DNA of 64,000 nt. Origin: Ginglymostoma cirratum (Eukaryota). Location: assembly GCA_024137785.1 (NCBI GenBank), contig JAHRHZ010000016.1, forward strand, positions 44,260,351-44,324,350, given 5' to 3'. Positions within the stretch are counted from its first letter, which is position 1. Each line of letters starts with the position of its first letter. The notes under the pieces were generated by a model. That model had not been told where the DNA came from. It did not search any database and saw only the letters and a program-made list of their open reading frames with translations. Shown here in pieces: positions 13,283 through 26,996 of the stretch. The position numbers and the translations under genes are program-made.

Positions 13283-14704
13283 AACCAGGCATGGAAGAAT
13301 TACACGAGGGAAGACCATTCACTCTATTGAGCCACTGCTGGCTCCTTGCATGTGTAATTTAGCTAGTCCCATAGCCTGCATCAAAAACAATTCTCTATGT
13401 ACTGTCTTTTTGATTTTGATTTTACTGTCATGTGTACTCAAGCACAAAAGTACAGGAGTACAGTGAAAAGTGTTTAATGTCACCACATGAGGCACCATCT
13501 TAGGTACAAGTATCTTTGGAACAAGGTGGAAAGAAAGAACGAAGTTAACAGTTAAACATGGCAATAGTTATAGCACAGCGTAATACATACAAAATAAGGT
13601 TGAAAGTTATACATTGCAGACCTTCTTAGTTTTAAGTAGAAAATAAAGAAATAAAACTGAAGTCTCTCTTTAGTGCCTAGCCACTTTGAAGAATCACCTC
13701 AAGCCCGGAAGTCCATGCTGAGGGAACACCAGGCTGAGAGGCAGCCATGTTGGGCCACAAAGATCGCCCCACCATGTCGGTGCCAATTCAGAGGCTGGGA
13801 GAAGAAATAAGGAGAGAAGAAGAAAAGTAAAAAGAAAAAAAGAAGGAAGAGGATAAGTGGATGGAGCAGATGAACTCCATCTGAACTGTCCTACTCCACT
13901 GCCATTCCTCTTTATAGTTTTGGCCACCTCTTCAAATCTCCTCCCATCCTTCACTGAATTGTGTAAAAGTAAACTTAAAAGCAGTTCACGGGTATGTTAT
14001 TTTTGTTTAGTTACCCGGCTCACTTTAATGGCAGGAGAAGTGTATTTATTTTCATGTCAGTCCTCACGAGATAACCTCGCGGAACATTCACTAATGTAAT
14101 AAGAGTAATGGATGTATGACTGTTTGAAATCAATTGCAAAGTGAAGTGAGAGTTCGTTGTCCAAGAAAAGTTAATTGCCGTTGTAAGGCAACATATTTAA
14201 TTGTGACTAATGAGAAAGTGACACAATACAAACAAGGATGATAGATCAGGCCTCCTTGGAGTAGCGTGCTGGATATCAAGCTCTGATATTTTCTAGTTGT
14301 TAATAAAATCTTTAACTTTTTTTTAAAAGTGTGCAAAGTCCTCAATTTACTTAAGAGTCAGGAGAATGGAATATGGGCCAGGCTTCTGTACTTCATAAAA
14401 ATTCCTATTCATTACAAATAAATAGATTCAAACTTCAAGTAAACAGCAATGGACCACCAATATACAAGTCTATAAGGTAAAATTCTTACTCTCTTACAAA
14501 ACTCCATCTACATACACCGTCAGAGACAATAAAATATTGGGCTATTCAGCACCCTGTTCACGGAGATAATTTCTTTTCGTGCCATTCTTCAGTCTGTCTT
14601 CTCCAGGTACTTTTCACTTCCTTGCAGGAAGCACAGAGCAACTAACGAATTATAAAGATTTTATTAAAAAAATTCACTTGAGAGATGTGGGAGTCGCTGG
14701 CTGG

Positions 14705-15030
14705 CACGAGTCATCCAGCACAAAAACAAACCCTTCAGTCCAACTAGTCCACGCTGACCATGTTCCCAAATCAAAATAGTCCCACTTGTCTGGGTTTGGC
14801 CCATATCCCTCCAAACCTTTCCAACTCTTGTACTTATCCAAATGTCTTTCGAATGTTGTAACTGTACCTGCATCCACTGCTTCCTCTGGCAGTTCATTCC
14901 ATACTCTAACCACTGTAAAAAAAGTTGCCTCTCGTGTCCTTTTTAACACCTTTCTCCTCTCACCTTAAAAACGTAAGTCTAGTTTTGAGCACCCGCACCC
15001 TAGGGAAAAGGCACCTGCCATTCACCTTAT
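14705..15030 (-). mobile_element. CR1-type LINE 3' fragment
   Basis: ORF 14674-14949(-) contains FFTVVRVWNELPEEAVDAGTVTTFERHLDKY. Confidence 0.8.
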
Positions 15031-17095
15031 CCTCACCTTACCATTCACCCACCACTGGTCCTTTAGAACATCACTGTATTGTCATGCCCAAATAGAGTTA
15101 CAGATCACTGATTTATGCAGATTTTGTTTTCAATACTTTTTTCTGGTAGAGAATTAATCCATGAATGTTTCAGAAAGCTTTTCAACTAGTTTTCCCCAAG
15201 TTTTAGAAATAAATTTTAATTATGTTCTTCATAAACTCACTGACTAGTGGAAACGTTTCCAAAGTATTCCTCACTTTTGATAATTCACATACCTCGCTGT
15301 CTCAAACTGCCACTTAATGTTCTTTGTTCCAATGAAAAGAGACACAGTTTTGCTAGTCTTGCATGACCAAAGCCTCTCATCCCTGGTATATTGGTATGTC
15401 TCTTTTACAACCTCCCCATGAACTTTAGCAAAGATAAAACACCCAAAGGTGGACATACTGGGCAAAATTTGAATCCTCTCCCTGGAGATGTTGTGGATGG
15501 GTGGGGGGGCGGGAAACAGCCTGTTTAATTGGGTAGAAAGGTCTGCCTATCACCTGCCTGACTCACCCTCCACGGAATGAGAGACAGGAAGTCTCAAGAA
15601 TTGGCTTCTAGGAAAGGCGGCCATTGAGGCCCTTAACTGGCCACATAAGGGCTCATTCCACTTCTGTTGGTATTCAACCACAGGAGGACAGGGGCCATTC
15701 CATTATAGCTAACTTCCCAGGTGAACCCTACTGAGCATTCCTGCAGCCTGAAGGGGTGTTCCTTCTGTTTGAATAGCCCATACACCACATGAGACACCAG
15801 CTGGCAATATGAACTGTCAATAGGTGAAAATAATAATATTATTATTATTAACAGATACCTTACTAGGATGTCCCAGATTTGCCCGGACAAGCCCACCTGA
15901 CTTCCCTTCACTGCAGACTCATGCAATGAACCTGCGGCTCAAGTTTCCTTCCAGCTGACAATGCAAGTACTGGGAGATTGTCAGTCAGAGGCAGGAAACT
16001 CCTCCTCCATTGGCCTAAAGGTTAGAAACTGTCATTTTTGTGCTCCTATCGATAGCACCTAGAATCCCACTTTGACAGAGTTTTAAGCACTTTGCTCAAG
16101 TTTATTCTCTGAATACCAAGTCTACTCCCTTTTAAATTTTTACCATCTAGTGTTTACTTTTTATTTTTATTCCTATCAAATGTACAAATCACGTTTCTCC
16201 ACATCTGGCTCCTATCACCTAAAGCAATAAACTACATAAAGCTCCTGACATCACCCACAGCCTCCAAGTGTGCCAGGCTTCTTATTTCAGTTCAAATTTT
16301 GACATCTGGTCCTTCAAACCTGACAGTGGGAGATCAATTATATCTACTGAGAAGTATAGTGAGGCTTTTCAATTCCTATCTATGTGGGGAGTGCATCTAA
16401 TGCTACATATTTCCTTTTCTTTAAAAGAAAGCAGCTTTGGGCAACTACCTTTTCACGATGCCACATATATCCTCATTTTGTCAACAAGCTTGCAGTCTGA
16501 CAATGAGTTCCAAGTCATATAACACCAATGCATTACAAACATTAATGCAAGGAAAGCACAGACATAATAATGATACAATCCAAATGAAATTTTACAAAGT
16601 AATAGTGTGCTTCTCGATTTATCTTTGTGGCAGTGGCAGACCTCTCCTGTATCCCCAAAATGTATAACTTGGTTAACACATGCCTTTTCCTCTTTGGTGC
16701 TGGGATATGGAACCAGAGGAGGTCAGTAAGCTTGGGCCCCAATCCCCATTCCATTCCTTGGTAATCAGATATATGGCTAGCATCTTTCTTTCTAGCTCTG
16801 TTCCTTAACCAAAAGGCAAAAAGAAAATGCTGGTTAGCACTGCTACTTGGCACTTTTTAAAATGTAGTCATCTCTATTAAATACGCCTTTATTTAAGGAA
16901 GTTTATTGCTTTTTGTTTAAAATCTCAAATTCATGCTTACTATTTTGTCAAACCTTATCTTTTGGAAATATGCTCACCACCAGTTATGAATGACAAATAA
17001 ATTGAAAATGAGACATCCCACGTGAAAAAGGTTAGAGAACCCTTCTCCAGAGAGAGGTTAAAGCACCGTTTTTTATGAAGACGGCCACCAGAGGT

Positions 17096-17321
17096 TTCAT
17101 AGAGATTTTAACAAGGTCAACCAAGTAGACCTCATAGAATAAGAGTTCCCTCATTGGACCAGACCAACCAGAGAGCCCAGGCTGACAAATAAGAACAGGA
17201 GTGTCAGGTTCTGTTGAGACAGTGAGCTGGCTTGGAGGGAGCCGGATCAGTGTCAGAGATTCTTCATGTGTAAATAAAGGGTAACTTGGTCACATTTACT
17301 AGCCTCTGTGGAGTTATTTCA
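17096..17321 (+). mobile_element. Probable solo LTR, same family as 57362-57592
   Basis: Clear similarity to 57362-57592 over about 210 bp; AATAAA near the 3' end; ends ...ttatttCA. Confidence 0.5.
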
Positions 17322-18119
17322 GGTCTATTTTCTCTTTCTTCCCCATGACCAAACCTAGATATGTCCCTGGAAAATTCTAATCTGTTGCTATGTTGAGAAC
17401 AAAGTCAAGTGGGAAGAATCGATTATCAAAGAGTTTTTGAAACATGTAAAGCCAAATGCTCAGTATTGACTTCAGGCACAATTCAATTGAACTCAGCAGA
17501 CTAGATCATCACACAAAATACATCACCTTGAAATTTAATCAGTATATATCATTTCACTATAGACAATTATATACATTCAAGCAGAACAAACATGCAGATT
17601 AGAAGGTTTTAAAAAAGGGGGGAAATACCTGCACAGGGGCACAGGTCGATAATTAAACAGCAAGCAGTAAAAGTCAGACTGATTGCTAAAAGTACACATT
17701 AAAAACAACTGTTCCAATGTCCTCTATAGTCAAGGGGGATGAAATAACCAGAGAGATGCTCCTTCTATGGAGAAAATCCATGAGAACCTAAACTCTTAAC
17801 TAAATTTCAAATCAATAATTGAGGTTTTTAAAATCATGTCAAAAGGAAATTACATTTGCTATACAGCAAATCTGCATCTGCTATACAGCTATTCTCCACT
17901 TCCCCGAATGTGTGAAGCTTGAACAATATTCAAGAGATGTTTCAGAGGACTGGGGGAATTGCAAGCGTGACATTCCTTTTGATAAAGAACATAAAAAGTT
18001 AAGGCCAGCAGTTACAGGCCAGTCAATTTAGCTTAGTGATGGGGAACTTTTAGAAATGATAATTTGGGACAAAAATCAACAGACACTTAGGAAAATATGG
18101 GCTACTTAAGGGATGTCAG

Positions 18120-18137
18120 TATATATATATATATATC
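18120..18137. repeat. (TA)n microsatellite
   Basis: tatatatatatatatat run. Confidence 0.8.
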
Positions 18138-19959
18138 TGTTAATTTCTTCATGGGTAGGCAAAGAAAAACAATTAGTAGCCAACTAATACTTGTGTACAT
18201 TTACTGATGCCTTTCTACCCTTCTCTATATCTTTGTTCCAGCATTTAAAACTGTAGTTCGAATCTAACTTGTGAACAGACATGTGGTATTACAAATGACT
18301 ACTTCAGCAACACCATGAATGACTTGTCCCAGAGAAAATAAAGCTGATTGAAGGATCACTTCAAATGTTGTTGTTCAAGCTGATATGCAAATATCTTTCA
18401 AAAAAAAAAGCAGCTTTCAGAATGTGGTGTTAGGCAAATAATATATTGAACTGTACCTAGAAGGAAAGCATTATATTATGTAATAAATCCGGTGTTCAAA
18501 GTGAATGGAACACTGGCATTTAGTGAGATGCGGAATATAGCTCTCTCTACTCCTCAACAGTATACTTCAATTTGATCAGTGTGACAAGTTTGCTTTTTCC
18601 ATACGAACTGTTACGGGCCACTTATTCCAGAATTAGGGGTATCTATAGGTTGCAAACCTATGCTGTTAGGAATCAGGCAGACACACCTCACATTCATTTC
18701 AGATGGAAGCTGTACAGTCAGTAGTCAAAAGGAAACTTTAACCCATCAGATCTGGAGGTGAAGGGAAGCTATGCAAGAAATGGAATAAATCTTAGACTGA
18801 GTGAAACAAAAATCAACCTGTATCTTTTTTTAAATACAAGAATATTCACATTTATCAATTACTGAAGAATATGTTATTTGTATCTAAAATATACTATTGA
18901 TATTTCAAATAATTTTAAAGTGATAATTTATAAGGAGTATTGCAGTGTCTCACTTATTATTAGACAATGAAATAAAAGCATGAAATAAAAATATAAATCT
19001 CTCAAATTTGAATATATATCATCTACATCTGCTCCTTCCTCAAAAATGGTAGAGATTTTTGCTCTGGATTCTCATCCATCCATCACCAACCACTCCTCGT
19101 TTTCCGTCATTCATTAGTCTCTTTGCAATTTGTAAGGAAACCTGCAGAACTGCCAAGTTTGACACAGAGAACATCTAATTAAACCAGTCTCTCAGAATAT
19201 TCAGGCTGTTGCCTAGAAATGAGTTTATAGAATGTCTGTGGATGTTAAGTAGATCAAGCTTAGACTTAGAATAGCTTCACCCTTGCTCTTCAAGCCCAAC
19301 AGTTACCAACAGCGTTGCTGGGACTAACTGATGTAAAAAGTCAGGCTACCTGAACATAGACTGTGTCATGCAAAAATGTTAACATGAGTCCAATGCCCCA
19401 TTCAGAGGCAGAGGCAGTAACAAAACTCCAGCTCCACACACTGTTCTTAAAAACTTCTGTCTTTTTCTAGTGGTATGGTGCATTGTCAACATGTCTAAAA
19501 CATCACCAATCATAGCAAGTCCTTGCAATAAAGGATAGGGAGTTGGGGATAGGGAGGCCGACCGAACGACCGGCATCACAGTCTCTGGAGAAGCCAATAG
19601 GATATACATGGATGAAGAGAGGTGTTAGAAAGGCAGGTCCAACTAGTGTCAGACACACTGATACCAGTGTAATACAAAGAATGGCTCGGAGGTGGATTGC
19701 TGTTTGTTGTTCAAAATTCTCACGTCTCCAGTTGAACTATTAAAACATTTATCCTTAAACAGCTTTTAAGGGTCAAAACCAGGACAAAAAATGACTAGCC
19801 ACAATCATGACTTAGGAGAGGAAGGTAGAATGGACTTCCTTAAGGACCATAGCCATTGATGCCACATTTGCATGTTTTATCATTTTTTTTTAAAAACAAC
19901 TCCACATTAAAGAATGACCTTTTTTTAAATCAATTAATAAAAATGAAGTCTTTCACCTA

Positions 19960-20049
<90 letters not shown>

Positions 20050-20318
20050 TCAAGATATTATAACTGTAAAACAAAGGGCATTCCAAAAGCAACACTTCTA
20101 TGAAGACAACATTTTTTTTTTTGTTAAATGGTTGCATGTTAGGAAGGCAGATTCATCACATGCATTGCTTCCTTTCATAAAAACTTTTCCATCCTGTCTT
20201 CTGTGACACTGAAAACATGTGACATTGTTCTGCCACTTGCACAAATTTGGTTTTAAAAAGTGATTTATGTTATGATGAACCGATCTCCAGTGAGAATCAA
20301 ACAATTTTAAATACATAC

Positions 20319-20502
20319 TTAATTTTTCAAGGATCTCTTCATCTGTCATCTTGGATTTCTTCCTTTGCTTGTCAGTATTTCTGCAAAGCTGGCTGTTCAG
20401 ACTGGTGGTGATGTTTCCAGGTGGTGTTGTGACTGGAGAAGTTGTCACATCTTTAACAGGGGCCGTTGGTACAATGGGCTCAATCACTGATCGGGTAAAA
20501 AT
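20319..20502 (-). CDS. PAK3: PAK3 coding exon 6 (linker before kinase domain)
   Basis: ttttgcag| IFTRSVIEPIVPTAPVKDVTTSPVTTPPGNITTSLNSQLCRNTDKQRKKSKMTDEEILEKL A|GTATGT. 184 nt. Confidence 0.95.
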
Positions 20503-20629
20503 CTGCAAAACACAATTACAATCACTATCTCATCACAATCAACTCATCACACATCAGTAAATTCTTCCCTGAATACTCAGTCAATATAGAACCGAACTAA
20601 ACTCAAGGTGTTTCTAATTCCATTGCGTA

Positions 20630-21430
20630 GGAACACAGGAGCAGGTGTAGGCCATTGAACCTGATGAGCCACCCCTACCACTCACTCATAGCTCATCATC
20701 CACCTAGGAATCACAGTCTGATTTTTCAGTGTGGAATAAAGGTCCTTCAGCTCATAGTGTTCGCACTGGTCATCAAACATCCATCCATCCATCCATCCAT
20801 CCGTTCTAATCTCATTTTCAGCACTTGGCCCGTTGATGTGCAAGCTATAGCATTTCATCTAAATAGTTCTGAAGTGTCCTGAGGATTCCTGTCTCTACAA
20901 CCCTTTTGGTAAGTGTGTTTCATATTTCCACAATTGAGAGGGAAAAAACTTTTCCTCAAATTTTCTAAGTTTTAGGGTAAGGAGCAAAATTATGTCCCGT
21001 TTTAACTGACTCCTCTAAGGGGAAATGTTTTTCCTTATCAACATTGCCTCTGCCCCTCAGAATTTTGTACACCTCAGTCAAATCCCTCCCTAGCTTACTC
21101 GGCTGTAAGGAAAATATGCCCAGCCTATCCAGTCTCTCATCTTAGCCAATTTCCTTTCCTACCCCCATTTTCCTTTGACATTCATATCCAGAAATCTGTG
21201 GATTTTGGCCTTGGTTGATTGAGCTTCCATACAAATGTACAGAAATCCAAAGATTCACAGCTCTCTGAAATTCCTTCTCATCTCTGCCTTAAGTAACCTA
21301 CTCCCTTATTCTGAGGCAATGATTAAAATCAGAGAGAGGAAACACTCTGATATCCACTTTGTCACACCCTGCAATACTTTTGCAAGTTTCAGTTAGATTC
21401 CCTTTCTTTCTTTGACACTCGAGTATATAA
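20630..21430 (-). mobile_element. Cluster of highly decayed CR1-type 3' fragments
   Basis: Antisense tail signature gaacacaggagcaggtgtaggccatt, and ttttgtacacctcagtcaaatccctc / cccagcctatccagtctctc typical of antisense ORF2 ends. Confidence 0.5.
20778..20802. repeat. (CCAT)n microsatellite
   Basis: catccatccatccatccatccatcc. Confidence 0.85.
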
Positions 21431-22223
21431 ATCCAATTTCCTCAGATCTCTCCACATAAGAGGATTTGCAAACATGGTATTAGTCTAAAGTTCTGCTACA
21501 TGCTAAGTGGATGGTCAGCTGTGATTGTATTAAGGGGTGGAGGAAACACAATCCATTGAATGGCCTATATCAGGTCCTATATTCCAAGGCAGTATTTAAT
21601 TCTCCTCACCCCAGCAGACAACTAGTGTCCCCTTCAAGAGCCTCATCTTACCACCGTCATCATTAAATAATGGTGCAAGAGTTCAATGCCAAGCTGGTTG
21701 GGAAAGAAAGTGGTGGGAGGGGTTCCCTCCGCAACTGGGCCCCTTGGCCCATCAGTGGATCCTGCCTGAACAGGAACTCCATGCCAGGTTGCCTTCCCCT
21801 ACTGCCTCTCAAATTCCAGACCCAACAATCATGGACTTTCAAACACTTATTTAAGAAGTGTCTAATACATTGCAGCTTGTTGCTGCTGCTCCCTTGGAGT
21901 AACCGCTGTATTGAAAGCTGCCAGCCTCTCACTGGTCAAAGTGGAATTTCCTGTCTCTCGTGGGTGGAGTTCTCACCTCTGGCCTTACTGCCAATCCAAT
22001 CACTGCAGAGCAGCCATTTGCCCTCTGGGTAAAGTCTCCTGAATCTTTAGCTAAGGACATGTGCGAGGATTGGGGTGTGGGATTCGGTGTTTGGTAGACC
22101 CTGTCACCTTGCATAACTCAGGCCAGTAACACACAAAGTTACTGCACTTTGACATTAGGACTAATTCAGAAAAGACAGCACTTGCAAATTGCCCAATTTT
22201 TTTCAATCAGAAAAGAATCAGAA

Positions 22224-22594
22224 GGAGATAAAAGGTACTGCAGATGCTGGAGAATCCGAGATAACAAGCATGGGGCTGGATGAACACAGCAGGTCAAGCA
22301 GCATCGTAGGAGCAGGAAAACTTGACGTTTCGGGCCTAAACCCTTCATCAGGAAAAAAAAAGGTGGCAAGATGAGGCTCTTGAAGGGGACACTAGTTGTC
22401 TGCTGGGGTGAGGAGAATTAAATACTGCCTTGGAATATAGGACCTGATATAGGCCATTCAATGGATTGTGTTTCCTCCACCCCTTAATATTTTTTTTTGT
22501 TCTGATGAAGGGTTTAGGCCTGAAACGTCAAGTTTTCCTGCTCCTATGATGCTGCTTGACCTGCTGTGTTCATCCAGCCCCATGCTTGTTATCT
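22224..22594. mobile_element. Composite PLE-terminus insertion: inverted termini enclosing a captured 128-bp local segment, 11-bp TSD
   Basis: TSD AAGAATCAGAA at 22213-22223 and 22595-22605. Left arm 22225-22351 (minus, with tail), A9, 22362-22489 equal to the reverse complement of 21528-21655, T9, right arm 22500-22594 (plus). Confidence 0.85.
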
Positions 22595-22668
22595 AAGAAT
22601 CAGAAAAAGCCTATTTCATCTAAATATTTGATGCAGTACAGTGGCAGTAAGGAGGATTTCTGGAAGTA

Positions 22669-23247
22669 ATTGTACAGGACATTGAAATGGAGAGACCACT
22701 TTTGGAATACGGTGTACAATTCTGGTCACCCTTCTACAGGGAGGATGTTGTTAAACTTGAGGGTGCAGAAAAGATTCTCAACGATGTTGCTGAGACTGGA
22801 GGATTTGAGTTATATAGATAGGCTGAATACACTGGGACTTTCCCTCTCCGCCCCCACCTTGCCGGAGTGGAGATTTAGGAGTAACCTTATAGAAGTTTAT
22901 AAAATCATGAGGGGCATGGATAGGGTGAATAGCCAAGGTAGTGTTCCCTTGGGTGGGGGGGTCCAAAACTAGACGGCATGTTTTTAAAGGTGAGTGGCGA
23001 AAGGTTTAAGGAAGACCTGAGGGATTATTTTTTTCACACCGGAGGTTGGTGAGTCTATGGAATGAGCTGCCAGAGGACGTGGGGGGAGGCTGGTACAATT
23101 ACAATATTTAAAAAGCATCTGGATGGGTATATGAATAGGAAGGATTTACAGGGATACGGGCCAAATGCTAGCAAATGGGACTAGGTCAGATTGGGATACT
23201 CGCTCAGCATGCACGAGTTGGACCGAAAAGGTCTGTTTCTATGCTGA
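22669..23247 (+). mobile_element. CR1-type LINE 3' fragment
   Basis: Decayed RVQKRF..ML..LEDLSY.DRL..LGL...LIEVYKIMRGMDRV peptide plus 3' UTR. Confidence 0.85.
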
Positions 23248-23264
23248 TTGACAGAAGTACATTT

Positions 23265-24715
23265 CAACCAGAATTGTAGGCAATATTCCAAACGTGGCCT
23301 CACCAACGTCTTGTACAGCCACAACATGGCATCCCAACTCCTGTACCTAATGTTCTGACCAGTTGACAAGCGTTCCAAACACCACCTTCACTGCCCTGTC
23401 TACTGGGGATTCCACTTTCAAGGAACAATGCACTTGCACCATGAGGTCTCTTTCTTCGGCAACACTTCTCAGGGCCCTACCAGTAACTGTACAAGTCCTG
23501 CCCTGGTTTGCCTTGCCAAATACAATACTTACCATTTATCTAAATTAAACTCCATCTGCCATTCCTGGGCCCATTGGCCCATCTGATCATGGTCCTGTTG
23601 TACTGAGATAATCTTCTTCACTGTCTATCTATTTTGGTGTCATCTGAAAACTTACTAACCATACCCCCTATGCTCACATCAAATCATTTATATAATTGAT
23701 GAAAAGCAGTGGACCCAGCACCGATCCTTGTGACACACCACTGGTTACAGGCCTCCAGTCCAAAAAGCAACCCTCTGTCTCTTACCTTAGCCAATTTTGT
23801 ATCCAAATGGCTAGCTCCCCTTGGATCCCAAGCAATCTAACCTTACTGACCAGTCTACCATGTGCAACCTTGTCAAACACTTTGTTGAAGTCTATACAGA
23901 CAACGTCTACTGCTCTGCCCTCAATCTTCTTTGTCAGGTCTTCAAAAGTAATCAAGTTAGTTTGACATGATTTCCCATGCACAAAGCCATGACGACTATT
24001 GCTAATCAGTTCTTGCTTTTCCAAACGCGTACAAGTCTCTCAGAATCCCCTTCTACAACTTAGCCACCACTGATGTAAGGCTCACCAGTCTATAGTTTCC
24101 TAGCTTTTCCTTACAGCCTCTCAAATAATAGCACCACATTAGCCAACCTCCAGTCTTCTGGCATCTCACTCATTGCTGTCAATGATACAAATGTCTCAGC
24201 AAGAGGCCCAGCAATCTCTTCCCCAGCTTCCCACAAAGTTCTGGGAAACACCTGATCAAGTCCTGGGGATTTATCTCCCTTTATACATTTTAAGGCCTCC
24301 AATACCTCCTTCTTTAGTATTAACTCTTTTCAAGACTTCATTATTTATTTCCCCAAGCTCCCTAGTTTCCATGTCTTTCCCCACAGGAAATACGGATGTA
24401 AAATATTTGTTTACTGTCTCACCCATCTCCTGTGGTTCAAAAAATAGATGGCCACAATCTTTAAAAGGGCCTCATTCACTCCCTAGTTACTCTTTAGCCC
24501 TTAGTATTTTAGAGTAGAATTTCTTTGGATTCTCCTTAACTCTATTTGCCAAAGCTATGTCACGTCCCATTTCTGGCCTCCCGATTCCCCTCTTTCATAT
24601 ACTCTAACTGCTCTTGTACTCTTGTAGAGATTCACTCAATCCCAGCTGTTTATACCTGATAAAGGCCTCCTTTTTCATGACCAGAGCCTCAATTTCTCTC
24701 ATCGTCCAGCATTCC
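23265..24715 (-). mobile_element. CR1-type LINE ORF2 fragment (RT domain), frameshifted
   Basis: Peptides DKSPGLDQVFPRTLWE, HGFVHGKSCQTNL, VDVVCIDFNKVFDKVAH and LYKTLVRPRLEYCLQFW. Confidence 0.9.
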
Positions 24716-26118
24716 CACGAGGTGGGTGGTGAATTTTGGTGAAGGCTGGAAATGGGGGCTGGTGCTTTCTGCTGACTGCCCTTTACCAGTCACAACAACT
24801 GGCTAGGCTCACATTACAGAACATAGCAGACTGGAAAAATCCACAGAATTAGAGGGGAGATGTGGAAGAAAGTGAGGAGAAGGAAAAATGTAAGGTTTTT
24901 GTAAATCTACATTCGTCCTCTATCTCCATATGCTTGTTATTTGCTCACAGATTTTCTTCCTTGTTCAGAATAAAGATATTTAACCTGATTCCTATTTCCC
25001 TTGTCCTTCAAACGCAACTTAACACCATCTTCAGGACCTAGGTACAGAACATTATGGGAGTTAAAGGAATGGCAGGAATGAAGTACACACCATTAATCAG
25101 CCTGGAAGTTCGTGGAAACTCGTGCCATAGTACTGATGTATCGAAAGGGCAAGCCATTAATCTATTGCAGATGGTCCAGGAAATTAGGCTCCTGTGAACG
25201 TATACATTACTTGTGCCTCGCTAAGTAGTCCTGGGTGGTTTCTGCTACTCCTATGTTACTGTCAATGTTTGTAGTTCTGCTTCTGCATTAAAAGCAAATG
25301 TGATCACATGTTTCTTATACTGGTACCGTTTACTTGCCACCACTGCTTTTAAAGGCTAGGAAATAAACAGAGTAGAGACCTAGTAACAACTTGGTTTGTC
25401 GTTCCAAGATTATGATGGAAAACAGTCGCTCATTGAGCACACAAACTAAAAACACTAAATTCTACATTTGGAAAAGTGCTGCAGATATCATTTCATGGAC
25501 TTCATGGTTATTATACCAGAGGCCACTTCAATTGGAATTTGCTGTTGCAACGAATAAAAACTGAAGCTTTAACAAACATCTTTGGTTTGCATTGTGACTA
25601 TTTCAATGAGACACAAACATGAATTGTGCAGCTATAATGGAAGCAACTCCTACAAAAACATAATTCATACATTGTTTTTAAGATGACAACCATGACAGAG
25701 AAAGAGTCATGTCAGCCAAAGCAGTGTGATTCTAACTTGTGTAGCTAATAGTCATTTATCACTTTGAGATTGCAGGATCTGAAGGTATTTACAGGACGGA
25801 CAACGGAGTGAAGTTTAGGAAGCACAAACTTGTTAAAAATTGAACTGGCAACAACTTTGTCAGTTTCACTGCCATTTTAAAATATTATTTTCTGTTCATT
25901 AATCAATTTGACACCTGACAATTCAAAGTGGTTCCATTAACGTGGATTGACTTTGAGGCCAGAAGGGAGAAGAAGTGGCAATTTTTATTTTGTGGTCCAT
26001 TCTAAAAAAGAAAGTACAAAAAAGTGATGAAATGGCTGTTATGGCCCAGAAACAACTTTTAATGAAGTTAATCAAATTGCAAAACTTTGGCTCATCTATA
26101 AATATGCTAATAGACATT

Positions 26119-26996
26119 AGGTGGGTCGCGTTGTGGACAGTACGGAGGGCTGTTCTAGGTTACAAAGGGATATTGATAGGATGCAGAGCTGGGCTGAGAA
26201 GTGGCAGTTGGAGTTTAACCCTGAAAAGTGTGAGGTGATTCATTTTGGAAGGACAAACTTGAAAGCAGAATACAGGGTTAACGAAAGATTCTTGGCAGTG
26301 TGGAGGAGTAGAGGGATCTTGGGGTTCATGTCCACAGTTCCCTGAAAGCTGCCACCCTGATGGATAGAGTTGTTAAGGTGCATGGTGTGTTAGCTTTCAT
26401 TAACAGAAGGATTGAGTTCAAGAGCCGTGAAGTTATGCTCCAGCTATACAAAAGGCTGGTTCGGCCACATCTGGAGTATTGTGTCGAGATATGGAAGCAT
26501 TGGGAAAGGTGCACAGGAGATTTACCAGGATGTTGCCTGGAATGGAGGGAAGGTCTTACGAGGAAAGGTTGAGAGCACTAGGGCTTTTCTCTTTAGAACG
26601 ACGAAAGGAGAGGTGACTTGATAGGTGGTGTACAAAATGATCAGAGGTATAGATAGAATTGACAGCCAGAGACTTTGTCCTAAGGTGGAGGTAGCTATTA
26701 CGGGGCGGGGTTGGGGGGGGGGGGGGCATACTTTTAAAGTGAGTGGAGGTAGAAATAGGGGAGACGCCAGAGGTAGGTTCTTTACTCAGTGGTCGGGGTG
26801 TGGAATGCATTGCCGGAGAGGGTAGTGGAGTCGGCCTTAAGCGCTTAAGTGGGCACTTAAGCGGCTATTAGATAGGCATATGGATTATAGTAATGAGTAG
26901 GGGTGAAGGTTAGATAGACCTTAGGATAAGGGTAAAAGTTCGGCACAATATCGTGGGCCAAAGGGCCTGTACTGTGCTGTACTGTTCTATGTTCTA
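26119..26996 (+). mobile_element. CR1/HER1-like LINE 3' fragment, relatively young
   Basis: Peptides LQRDIDRMQSWAEKWQLEFNPEKCEVIHFGR and LYKRLVRPHLEYCV; tail ctgttctatgttcta. Confidence 0.9.

Noticed and set aside
22669-24715. Adjacent opposite-strand CR1 fragments as a twin-priming inversion
   Set aside because: Order is wrong for twin priming and the overlapping LYKTLVRP region is diverged between them; more likely independent insertions.
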